Below are positions 51,545-60,372 of a stretch of DNA of 64,000 nt, one piece after another. The notes under the pieces were generated by a model. The model did no database searches and had not been told where the DNA came from. It saw nothing but the letters and a program-made list of their open reading frames with translations. A program made the position numbers and the translations under genes. How positions within the stretch are numbered: the first letter of the stretch is position 1; each line of letters starts with the position of its first letter. The DNA comes from Centroscyllium fabricii (taxonomy: Eukaryota), in assembly GCA_051313645.2 (NCBI GenBank), contig JBNRSN020000003.1:159340001-159404000 (forward strand). Reading direction: 5' to 3'.

Positions 51545-54500
51545 CTATCCCCTGTCAGGGTCGTAGTGGGCCGCTCCCCGTGGCGGTGCCTTGCTGACCC
51601 TTCCCTTTGGTTCCCCGCAGCCTGTCGCTGCTTTTAATTCTCCGCAGCCTGGTGCTGCTTGTCGGGGGTGGATAATTATCCTTTTGCGGGGGCTTTTCCT
51701 GTTCCTGAGGGCATATGACGGTTCTGGCCAAGCTTTCCTGGGCGGGGGTACCCTTTCCGATCGACGGAGGGTGCCTTTAGGTACTGCTCCCTGGGCCGAC
51801 GAACTGAGGACCGAGCCAGGTTGTGCTGCAGCCTGTGACTCCCTCACAGCTGCCAGCACCAACCCCTCTCCCTCCAGCTTCGCTTCCCTGGAACCGAGAG
51901 CCCCCTGGGTCGACGACCTGAGGACCGGGCCAGGTCGTGCTACAGCCTGTGACCCCGTCACATCTGTCAGCATCGACGCTCCCTCCTCTCGCCTCGTCGA
52001 CGAACTGAAGGCCGGGCTGGATCGTGCTGCAGCCTGTGACTCCTTCACAGCTGCCAGCACCGACCCTCCCTCCTTCAGCTTCGCTTCCCCGGGACTGGGA
52101 TCTCTTGCGGCTTCTGACCTCATCTCACCTATCTCCTCAGGTGGTGAGTCTCCGCCCGCTATCCCTACCTCGTCGGCATTCGAGTCGAGAACGGAACCCC
52201 CGTCCTCCGACCCCTCCTCCTCCCCTGTGATTGACTCTAGCACTGGGTCGCATAGGTCAATCAGGTCCAATCCTTGGTCGTGTTGGCCACTCGGATCCAA
52301 CACTTGGTCGTGTTGGTCCATCGGATCCAACACTTGGTCGTGTTGGTCCATCGGATCCAACACTTGGTCGTGTTGGTCCATCGGATCCAACACTTGGTCG
52401 TGTTGGTCCATCGGATCCAACACTTGGTCGTGTTGGTCCATCGGATCCAACACTTGGTCGTGTTGGTCCATCGGATCCAACACTTGGTCGGGTTGGTCCG
52501 GCTCCTCCCCATCTGAATCCCACACAGCACGAGAGACCCTCCTCTCCTCCATCGGGGCCTCTCCTTTCACGCAGGCTACTTTGCCTGCCTGCGCGACCTG
52601 TGGTCCTGCACTTGGCTGGGCGTTCCCACTCACAGGGCCTGCCCCTGTGGTCGACCCCTGCGTGCCCGACTTATACATTTTACATTGGTTTATATGGAAC
52701 CACTTTGTGCGTCGGGGCACCTTCACCGCATAAACCATGGGGCTTGCCTTATCTACAATGCTGTAGGGCCCCATGTACAGTGGCTCTAAACTCCCGACCC
52801 GGGCATAGTTCCTCACCATGACCAGGTCTCCCACTTCCCATTCTTGCGTTCTTCGGGGCTCCAGCAACAACTTGTTCCCCTGATGCTGTCTGCCCATGTT
52901 CCCTGCTGCCTGCTCGTGTACTCGCTTTAGGTGCTCGAACAGATTTTGGGCAAACCTGTCCTTCTTTACCTCCTCGAGCTGTCCTTCCGTGAGCACCGGA
53001 GCTAGTACATGAGTGGGGGTACGCATGGCCCTTCCAGTCATTAGCTCGTGCGGGGAATATCCCGTACTTTTCGACTGGCTGGCCCTGATCCCCATGAGGA
53101 TTAAAGGCAGGATCTCCGCCCATTTCTGGGGCGAGCCCATCGCCTCTTTCCTCAACCGTTCCTTAAGGGTACGGTTCATGCGCTCCACAATTCCTGACGA
53201 CTGGGGGTTGTGCGCTACGTGCCATTTCCCTTCAATGCCTAAGAGCATGAGGGTGTTCTGCATGACCTGGCCGGTGAAGTGACTCCCCTGGTCGGACTCC
53301 ACAAAACGGGGAAGTCCCCACCGTGAGAACACCTCCCGGACCAAAATCCTGGCAGTACCTAAGGCCGTAGCCGTCCTACAGGGGAAAGCTTCTACCCATT
53401 TGGAGAACACGTCCACCAGGACGAGACAATATTTATAGCCTCCCTGGGCGGTGGGTAAGGGCCCTATATAGTCGACTTGGATCGACTGCCATGGTCCCTC
53501 CACCCTCCTGACGTGCCCCATCTGCGCTTTCCTTCTTTGGGGGTCTGGGTTGTTCGCAGCGCACACCAGGCAGCTGGCGCAGAACTCTCGGGCATCTTCC
53601 CTGAGTCCCGGCCACCACCCTGCCTGTTCCACCCGTTGCCACGTAACCTCTGGCCCAGGGTGCCCTGCTCCTGGACCCTCGTGGGCCAATTGGAGAAATT
53701 CCCTCCTGTGCTGCTGCGGCACAACCCACTGTTCCTCCCTGAACAACATACCCTCCTTAACGGAGAGGGTCGCCCTATTGTATGGGCCCTCTACCTGCTT
53801 GTCCTCACTAATAGCTTTGAGGACAGCTTTTAAAACGGGATCCTGGTTTTGGACCGTTTTGAGATCCAAAGGCAAGGGAACCCTGGGGCGGTTCCCCTCC
53901 TTGTCCCGGATCGCTGCCACAGGTCCGGACCCGTAGGGGTCCCAGAAAGTGCCTTCACGAGCACCCTCCTTGGCCAGCGCATCCGCCCGCTGATTGCCTC
54001 CCCCACGTGGTTCCGTGGAAGAGTGAGCCTTCACCTTGTGGATGAAGATCTCCCCTTCTTCCCCTACTGCCGCTAGGATCTTCTCCAACAAGGGCTTCAC
54101 CGTTAATGGCCGCCCGTCCGCGGAAGTGTACCCGCGACGTGACCATATGGCCAGATACTCCGTGCACGAGTTGCACGTAAACATACTATCAGAGCAAATT
54201 GTGTACGGGGTTGGGAAGATCTCGGGGTGGGTTACCACGTACGCCACCGCCGACAGCTCGGCCTGCTGCGCGCTCATGGTGCGGGGAAGCTTAACCGCCA
54301 AGGCAATGTCTGCCGTAGGGTCAAAAATCCCGCAGCCCGTGAGTCGTTCGCCAGCCACCACCGTGCTGGAACCATCAACATAGATCTCGCGGCCCGTGGG
54401 ATGTATCCCGGCTCGCAGACCTATGTTCACCTCCCATACCCCCTCCACGGAACACCGATGGGTCGTTCCGGGGTACATCAAATTTGCTGCGAGCTTAGGC

Positions 54501-56005
54501 TCGCACAAACCCTCCACTTTTAAATCCATTTGGGACAACAGAAGAGTCCAGCGCGCAATTCTCGCACTGCTCACGGTCCCATCCTTTATCCTCCCATCCA
54601 GAAGCATCCTGGTGGGCGTGTGGTGGGTGAGGAGAGTAATGGGAGAGGTTCCCGTGAAGATTAATGATCTCTTCACGGCCCAATGCGTGGCTAAGAGATG
54701 CCGTTCGCAGTTGGAGAACCCCCTCTCTACCTCCGTGAGTACCCTCGAGGAATACACCACCGGTCGCAGCTTGCCGTGCCGCTCTTGGAGCAGCACCGCG
54801 CTCAAGCTGTCCTCGCCGGCTGCTACCTCCAGGGAAAACTCCTTCCCCCCCTCTATGGCCCCCAGGGCTGGCGCGGTTTGCAAGTCCCTTTTTAACTTTT
54901 CAAACGCCGCCTGGCAGCCCTCATCCCATGACCACCCAACTCCTTTATGTAAGAGTCGGAGCAGCGGAGCTGCTGTGGCTGCATAGTCCTCAATGAAGTC
55001 TCTGCAATAGCCGGTCAATCCCAAAAAGGACCTCACACCCTTTACGGTGGTCGGGATCGGTAGCTCCTGTACCGACTCCCTTCTGGCCTTATCTATGGCC
55101 CTTTCCCCCGCGCGGATGGTCAGACCCAGAAACTTTACTTCTGTCTGGCCAATCCGTGCCTTCTTCGCGTTTATTTTAAAACCCTTCCTAGCCAGTAATT
55201 CCAGCAGCTCGCCTAGCAATGGCAAGTGCTCATCCCTCGTGTCCGTGAACAGGAGTAAGTCGTCCACATACTGCACTATTTGATTGGGCTGACTAAACTC
55301 CTTTAAACTCCCTGCCATACATTGGTGGAAAATACTGGGGCTGTTGTGGAAGCCTTGCGGCAAACAATTCCACGTGTACTGCTGCCCTTTAAACGTAAAG
55401 GCAAACTTGTACTGATCCTCCCTCCGCAGCGGGATGGACCAAAACCCGTTGGAAATATCCAACACCGTAAACACCGTGGCGGAAGCGGGAATACTCCCGA
55501 TCAGGTCGGCAACTGCTGCCACCGTGGGCGCGCAGGCGGGGATGTTACTGTTGAGGACCCGATAATCCACCGTGGCTCTCCATGAGTTGTCTGGCTTCCG
55601 TACGGGCCACAACGGAGAGTTCACATGGGTGGCTATTGGCCTCAACACGCCCTGCCGCACCAGTGAAGACATCGCTGTCTCCAGATCGGACTCCGCTTCC
55701 TTAGGGAAGTTATACTGTTTCTGGGGTCGGGACATGGGATCCCCCTGTACGCTAACCTCAAACCCTAAGACCCTCCCGCAATCGTGCTTGTGGGTCCCAA
55801 AGGCGTTTATATTCCACGTTACGGCCGCCTGCATGTCGGCCGGAACCCCTTTGGACAAACTATCGAGGTCGTAACCTCCGGACGGCTTCATGGTGCATAG
55901 GGTCCCCTTCTCTTCTTCCTCCCCTATGACCACAACTTCACCTCTTCCACTTTCGGCTGCCCATAAACAGTGGTTCCTTAAGTCGATCATGATCCCGTGT
56001 GCTCC
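51545..56005 (-). CDS. pol: Pol: RT, degenerate RNase H (tether), RNase H, integrase, long C-terminal tail
   Basis: NSPLWPVRKP, LDISNGFWS, LPQGFHNSP, QYVDDLL; tether FSLEVAAG...VYSSR; RNase H IYVDGS, SAQQAEL, SDS, KVKAH, GNQRADALAK; IN HH-CC, QVDYIGP, SDQGSHF, GIVER, MGPY; no internal stop in about 1490 codons. Confidence 0.93.
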   Translation of the reverse strand, partial: GAHGIMIDLRNHCLWAAESGRGEVVVIGEEEEKGTLCTMKPSGGYDLDSLSKGVPADMQAAVTWNINAFGTHKHDCGRVLGFEVSVQGDPMSRPQKQYNFPKEAESDLETAMSSLVRQGVLRPIATHVNSPLWPVRKPDNSWRATVDYRVLNSNIPACAPTVAAVADLIGSIPASATVFTVLDISNGFWSIPLRREDQYKFAFTFKGQQYTWNCLPQGFHNSPSIFHQCMAGSLKEFSQPNQIVQYVDDLLLFTDTRDEHLPLLGELLELLARKGFKINAKKARIGQTEVKFLGLTIRAGERAIDKARRESVQELPIPTTVKGVRSFLGLTGYCRDFIEDYAATAAPLLRLLHKGVGWSWDEGCQAAFEKLKRDLQTAPALGAIEGGKEFSLEVAAGEDSLSAVLLQERHGKLRPVVYSSRVLTEVERGFSNCERHLLATHWAVKRSLIFTGTSPITLLTHHTPTRMLLDGRIKDGTVSSARIARWTLLLSQMDLKVEGLCEPKLAANLMYPGTTHRCSVEGVWEVNIGLRAGIHPTGREIYVDGSSTVVAGERLTGCGIFDPTADIALAVKLPRTMSAQQAELSAVAYVVTHPEIFPTPYTICSDSMFTCNSCTEYLAIWSRRGYTSADGRPLTVKPLLEKILAAVGEEGEIFIHKVKAHSSTEPRGGGNQRADALAKEGAREGTFWDPYGSGPVAAIRDKEGNRPRVPLPLDLKTVQNQDPVLKAVLKAISEDKQVEGPYNRATLSVKEGMLFREEQWVVPQQHRREFLQLAHEGPGAGHPGPEVTWQRVEQAGWWPGLREDAREFCASCLVCAANNPDPQRRKAQMGHVRRVEGPWQSIQVDYIGPLPTAQGGYKYCLVLVDVFSKWVEAFPCRTATALGTARILVREVFSRWGLPRFVESDQGSHFTGQVMQNTLMLLGIEGKWHVAHNPQSSGIVERMNRTLKERLRKEAMGSPQKWAEILPLILMGIRASQSKSTGYSPHELMTGRAMRTPTHVLAPVLTEGQLEEVKKDRFAQNLFEHLKRVHEQAAGNMGRQHQGNKLLLEPRRTQEWEVGDLVMVRNYARVGSLEPLYMGPYSIVDKASPMVYAVKVPRRTKWFHINQCKMYKSGTQGSTTGAGPVSGNAQPSAGPQVAQAGKVACVKGEAPMEERRVSRAVWDSDGEEPDQPDQVLDPMDQHDQVLDPMDQHDQVLDPMDQHDQVLDPMDQHDQVLDPMDQHDQVLDPMDQHDQVLDPSGQHDQGLDLIDLCDPVLESITGEEEGSEDGGSVLDSNADEVGIAGGDSPPEEIGEMRSEAARDPSPGEAKLKEGGSVLAAVKESQAAARSSPAFSSSTRREEGASMLTDVTGSQAVARPGPVLRSSTQGALGSREAKLEGEGLVLAAVRESQAAAQPGSVLSSSAQGAVPKGTLRRSERVPPPRKAWPEPSYALRNRKSPRKRIIIHPRQAAPGCGELKAATGCGEPKGRVSKAPPRGAAHYDPDRG
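52231..52500 (-). repeat. Coding 30-bp tandem repeat (DQVLDPMDQH)n
   Basis: Six identical units 52291-52470 plus degenerate flanking units. Confidence 0.95.
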
Positions 56006-56334
56006 AGAAAATCTGCTCCTACTATACCTCTGCCACCTCCTTCTTCCCATTTCAGCAGGATGCACTCCCAAGTGGTGTGGAGCGCTCCTAACTGAATGGA
56101 GAGTGGCCTAGAGCGCGCGCCCCCCTGTTCCTTGCCCGTGAACCCTGCTAATGCAAAAGGGACTCCGGTGGACATTGGGGAATTAAACGGCTTCTCTGTA
56201 TGGATCACGGTGCATGAGGCCCCCGTATCCAACAGATAATTCCCCTCCTGTCTCTCCACCTCCATTTCCACCAGAGGTCTCCTCCATGCATCATAACGGA
56301 GCGGACACAGGTAAATGGGCAGCGCGGGTCTTAG
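55987..56334 (-). CDS. pro: Aspartic protease, in frame with gag after UGA; 1-nt frameshift to the rest of pol near 56003
   Basis: YLLDTGAS and GIVGADFL motifs; frame contiguous with gag. Confidence 0.88.
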   Translation of the reverse strand, partial: LRPALPIYLCPLRYDAWRRPLVEMEVERQEGNYLLDTGASCTVIHTEKPFNSPMSTGVPFALAGFTGKEQGGARSRPLSIQLGALHTTWECILLKWEEGGGRGIVGADFLEHTGS

Positions 56335-58143
56335 TCATTGGGTTTCCACGTGAGGGGCTGCGGTGCCTGCGGAACCGGTGGCCACCGCTGCCTTCCCCTG
56401 GGAAGCCATATACAACTTCATGGCCCCCAGCGTGGACTCAATCGTCTCGGGACTTAAGGTTGCCCCGGCACCTCCTGTGGGAGTGGGTGCTCGGGCTGGG
56501 GCTGCGGGAGCTTTTTCCTTGACCTCCCTCCACGGGGCTCTACAGTCTCTGCGCCAGTGGCCTGCCTTCCCGCATCTATGACATGTAGACTGCCCCGGGT
56601 TGCCCCCCTCCTGATACCACTCTCTCTGCGCTGGGGCGTTTGCGTTAGTCGCATACACCTTCCCCTTATCGCAGTGCATCACCGAACTCCTTGTATTTTT
56701 ATACCCAACCGTGAGTTGGTTGAGGACCGTCTCCTCTGTGGTTAGAGCATCGGTGGGGTCAAACCACACCTTCGCCTGCTCTCTAACGGCGGGTAGGCTG
56801 TTGGCAACGATACACCGGAGCCACTGGGCTCTCCCGGCATCGCGCAAAACAGCCCGTGCAGGTACATCTGGGCAGCTGCGCTGATACACAGGCCACAGCC
56901 TCCCGGCGAAAACCCGTGGGGGTTCTCCCTCCATCTGCACGGTCCTACCCAGCCTTACAAACGGACCTTCATCGTCCATCCTTAATATTTCTAGGACCTC
57001 ATCCCGCAGGTCGTTATAACCATTCTCCCCCCTTTTGCTCTCGTCGGAGAGACACTGAAGGATAGAGCTATCCAACGAGAAAAGCAACATCCTGGCTTGC
57101 TCCCCTTCGTCACAGCCGTTAATTGCTGCGGCCTGTTCGACCTCCCTAAAATGCAGGGACGGATCGCCTGCTGCGGACAGCTTCTTAAAATGCCCTATCA
57201 TGCTCCTTATCTGTTGCGAGCTATGGGGCACTATAACCTCATTCAGGACGGGCCCGGGATCCCCAGCCGCAGTGTCGGGACCCCGCCTCGTCTCTCGAAC
57301 CGGACACATGGGTGCCGGGTCTGGATTCCCCACTTTGGGAACCTTTGCCGCCACCTCCTCTCTGTCCCCTTTCTCCCATGCTTGCGTATAGTGGGGTGAT
57401 CGCGCGGGGAGCGCGGGGGCTGGTGCCTCCGGCGCCCTCCTCCTTAACTTTGGCTTCGGGGGTTCCTGAGCTACCTTTACCTCACCCACCGATGGGTCGA
57501 TGAGGCACACCAGACCATTTGACCTGTTCAGGGCCTCCCTGAGGTCCTGAATCTCCTTTAAACAGGCGCTATGATCGGCGTCCTCATATTTGGCCTCGAG
57601 GGACATTTTGTATGCTGCCCTCATCCCCAGTAAATCCTCCTCCTGTGCCTTCAATTGGCTACTTAGGCAGACGCACCTTTCCCTGAGCTTCCCTTCACTT
57701 GACATGGCCTCTACGACTTGTCTTTCTAGGAGCTCAACCCTAGCTTCGTGGCGGTTGGTCTTCACCTGGCGCTCATTATTTAGAGCCTCTAGCGCGGTGA
57801 TTAACCGCTGCCCCCCTGAGACCTTTTCCTCCACTTCTAGGACCAACCCTTTTATCTGCGCGGTCTGCGCCGCAATCACCTGGTCCGAAAGCTGGACCTG
57901 CCTTTTATAACACATAAGCCATACGGCTTTCTCTACGGCCTTTTTATGCCCCTTGCTACCCGTCCAACGGATAGCTGCATCCAGTGGGCGTTTGTCTGCC
58001 AACAGGTCCCCAATCCACTGCTTTGTTAAATTAACTTTGCTGAATACATAATCAGCAATCCTTTCCTCCATTACGCTTCTTTTATTCAAAGCTGAGTCCA
58101 ATAGATCTCTCTCCTGCTGCCAGCGTCCTGCCGCGGTCGCCAT
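56335..58143 (-). CDS. gag: Gag, 602 aa: N-terminal coiled coil, capsid-like region, one CCHC knuckle
   Basis: Open ORF starting at the PBS; E/K/L/Q-rich heptad region; CHRCGKAGHWRRDC. Confidence 0.88.
   Translation of the reverse strand: MATAAGRWQQERDLLDSALNKRSVMEERIADYVFSKVNLTKQWIGDLLADKRPLDAAIRWTGSKGHKKAVEKAVWLMCYKRQVQLSDQVIAAQTAQIKGLVLEVEEKVSGGQRLITALEALNNERQVKTNRHEARVELLERQVVEAMSSEGKLRERCVCLSSQLKAQEEDLLGMRAAYKMSLEAKYEDADHSACLKEIQDLREALNRSNGLVCLIDPSVGEVKVAQEPPKPKLRRRAPEAPAPALPARSPHYTQAWEKGDREEVAAKVPKVGNPDPAPMCPVRETRRGPDTAAGDPGPVLNEVIVPHSSQQIRSMIGHFKKLSAAGDPSLHFREVEQAAAINGCDEGEQARMLLFSLDSSILQCLSDESKRGENGYNDLRDEVLEILRMDDEGPFVRLGRTVQMEGEPPRVFAGRLWPVYQRSCPDVPARAVLRDAGRAQWLRCIVANSLPAVREQAKVWFDPTDALTTEETVLNQLTVGYKNTRSSVMHCDKGKVYATNANAPAQREWYQEGGNPGQSTCHRCGKAGHWRRDCRAPWREVKEKAPAAPARAPTPTGGAGATLSPETIESTLGAMKLYMASQGKAAVATGSAGTAAPHVETQ
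58125..58142 (-). promoter_or_regulatory. Primer binding site, tRNA-Arg(UCG)
   Basis: TGGCGACCGCGGCAGGAC, complementary to the vertebrate tRNA-Arg-TCG 3' end GTCCTGCCGCGGTCG-CCA (from recall), 3 nt from the LTR. Confidence 0.85.
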
Positions 58144-58145
58144 TC

Positions 58146-59932
58146 TGTAAGGAGCGTGCGCCGTATATTTTACTGTACGACTTGGGGTCCGTTACTGCCT
58201 TGCGCTAGCAGTCCGCTAGGCCTCGCGCAATAACCTCCTCCCCCGCGAGCGGTTCGAATCGCTCACTCTTTACGGTTCTAGACGCTGGACTTAGGTGCAG
58301 GAAGAGAGAGAGAGATGGATACCGATTGGACTCAGATATTTTATACTCGAATAAAAGTTTGTAAAGTTGGAAGGTTTTTATTACACCAAGAGATATATTT
58401 ACAGCAGTAAGGATAAAGGTTTATTACACCAAGAGATATATTTACAGCAGTTAGGTTGTATTTCATCAGAGTGACACAGTATGACACATCAACAACTGTT
58501 TCCCAAACCGATACATATAGGTACATACACAGATAACTTATGGGATGGGGAACGCACGGCACAACGTAAATCGGGGCAATGACTCTATAAATACACCCCC
58601 TATAAACCACCCTTCCCTCTATTGCCTAGCTATGTCCAGGTGTGTAGGATCGAGGCACATGCTCACCACTCGGTAATACTCGGGATCTGCTACGAAGTTC
58701 CTCGCTTCTTCGGCTGCAGCGTCGGTCGTCACGTGGCTGTGGAAGATTCGGGAGTCCACTCGTTGTTTTCTCCCTTTGGGCGGCGGTCGCTCCTGCTCGG
58801 GCTGGTCCCGGACGGATTCCTCGAGGCTGCTCTATCTCCTCGCACCAACCACACCGTCTCCCTGGCTGAACCGGACCCTGGGGTATGCCGATCCTGCCCT
58901 CTCAAGCCGAACTGTAACGGGCTGCTAGCCTAATTGTTCTCCCACTCTTCGAACGCTAGTTTATTCGCAGTGTTCACCAAGATGCTTCCCTAATGGGCCC
59001 CAACTCTTCCGACGCTAGCTTAGTCGTCGTGTTCAACAAGATGCTTCGCTAATGGGCCTCAACAACTAAACCTCACCGGCAATGGTTTTCCGATGCGATA
59101 CTGCCCTGACCCAACTCTGCTGTCCTGCCAGAGCCTGCACCCTGCTTGCCCTGCACCCAGAAAGCTGAACTGGAGTCTTCGAGAAAGACAGCCCACCCAA
59201 AGTCACTGCTAGACCTCACCGCTTCAAGAGGTCGATTCCAAGAGCCTTCTCCAAGAGCTCTTTCCTTCAGCTATTTTTCCAAGAGAGATTCTACCAGAGA
59301 GCCCACGGATGAGAAGAGATTTTCCAAGAGAAGAGAAGAGCAGACCAGAGACCAGAAGAGAGATTGAACTGTACAATGTCCTGCTAGTTATACCCCAAAG
59401 TTGAAATGCCTAATGTCTTTCCCATTAGGGCCTGTATTGTGTGTGGAAAGCGGTTACTGCACTCCTTTTGTCCAGCCAAGCCTGCCGGTAATAGTTTTGA
59501 TGGTGGCTCTAACTTCTCCGGTTAGAGTCCCATTGTTTTCAAGGGTGCTAATCGCTTTATGCTGGAAGGGTATACAATTTCTGTAGCTGGTTAAACGGGC
59601 CAGCTGCTTCGTATTTGCAGTTGTTTTAGGTGTTTATTTAAACTGGGTGCGTTTCTTTGTCGGGCTAATCGGTTTCTAAAGGGCAGGCCATTTATTTACA
59701 GGTTTAACAGCGCCTTTATGTCTGGTTTCTTCGCGGGCTTTTCGAGTTGAGTTTTAGTTTCGGTTTTGCACTATGCCATGTGGTCCGGCGGCCATCTTGG
59801 AGGCCCCTTTTCTCTGATCAGGCCGCAGCCTGTCTTGTCTGTCATTGTCCGAATAAAAGAAAATATGTATACTCCATCCTTCGTTTCTGGTCTTTGTGAA
59901 TCCGATTTAACAGGGAATATTGCGACCTTACA
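58146..59932 (-). repeat. 5' LTR (1787 bp)
   Basis: Near-identical to 48887-50702; followed by PBS. Confidence 0.95.
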
Positions 59933-60115
59933 CATGCCACCAGCCCGCTCCACCTAACCCGACTGCTGCACCGTCTCGATTGACACGCCGCCTCCTCCAA
60001 TCCCCGCCGCGCCGCCCGGCCCGGCCGGCCAATCCGCACCCGCCTCCAGGGCGGGATCCACCCACTTGTGCCCGTGGCCTCGATCGGGCAAGCGGTTTGG
60101 TCGTGCCCTGGACTA

Positions 60116-60372
60116 TCCCTGGATTCAGTCTCTGGGTGCCAGCGTCCCTGGATTCGGTCTCTGGGTGCCAGCGTCCCTGGATTCGGTCTCTGGGTGCCAG
60201 CGTCCCTGGATTCGGTCTCTGGGTGCCAGCGTCCCTGGATTCGGTCTCTGGGTGCCAGCGTCCCTGGATTCGGTCTCGGTGCCAGCGTCCCTGGATTCGG
60301 TCTCTGGGTGCCAGCGTCCCTGGATTCGGTCTCTGGGTGCCAGTGTCCCTGGATTCGGTCTCTGGGTGTCAG
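60116..60372. repeat. 29-bp minisatellite, about 9 copies
   Basis: Unit TCCCTGGATTCGGTCTCTGGGTGCCAGCG. Confidence 0.93.

Larger units (their letters stand above)
48887..59932 (-). mobile_element. Young, near-intact retrovirus-like LTR element without env (lokiretrovirus/Odin-like)
   Basis: 1.8-kb LTRs TGTAAGG...CCTTACA; 4-bp TSD CATG (48883-48886, 59933-59936); tRNA-Arg PBS; PPT; gag-UGA-pro/pol; dual RNase H. Confidence 0.92.

Noticed and set aside
52261-52500. Regular 30-bp repeats resembling a CRISPR array
   Set aside because: Head-to-tail units with no unique spacers, in frame inside a eukaryotic pol ORF
51591-52733. 380-aa plus-strand ORF opposite the pol tail
   Set aside because: Shadow of GC-rich repetitive coding sequence; non-ATG start
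60116-60372. 29-bp repeat ORFs in all frames or CRISPR-like array
   Set aside because: Simple minisatellite without spacers; ORFs arise because the unit lacks stops
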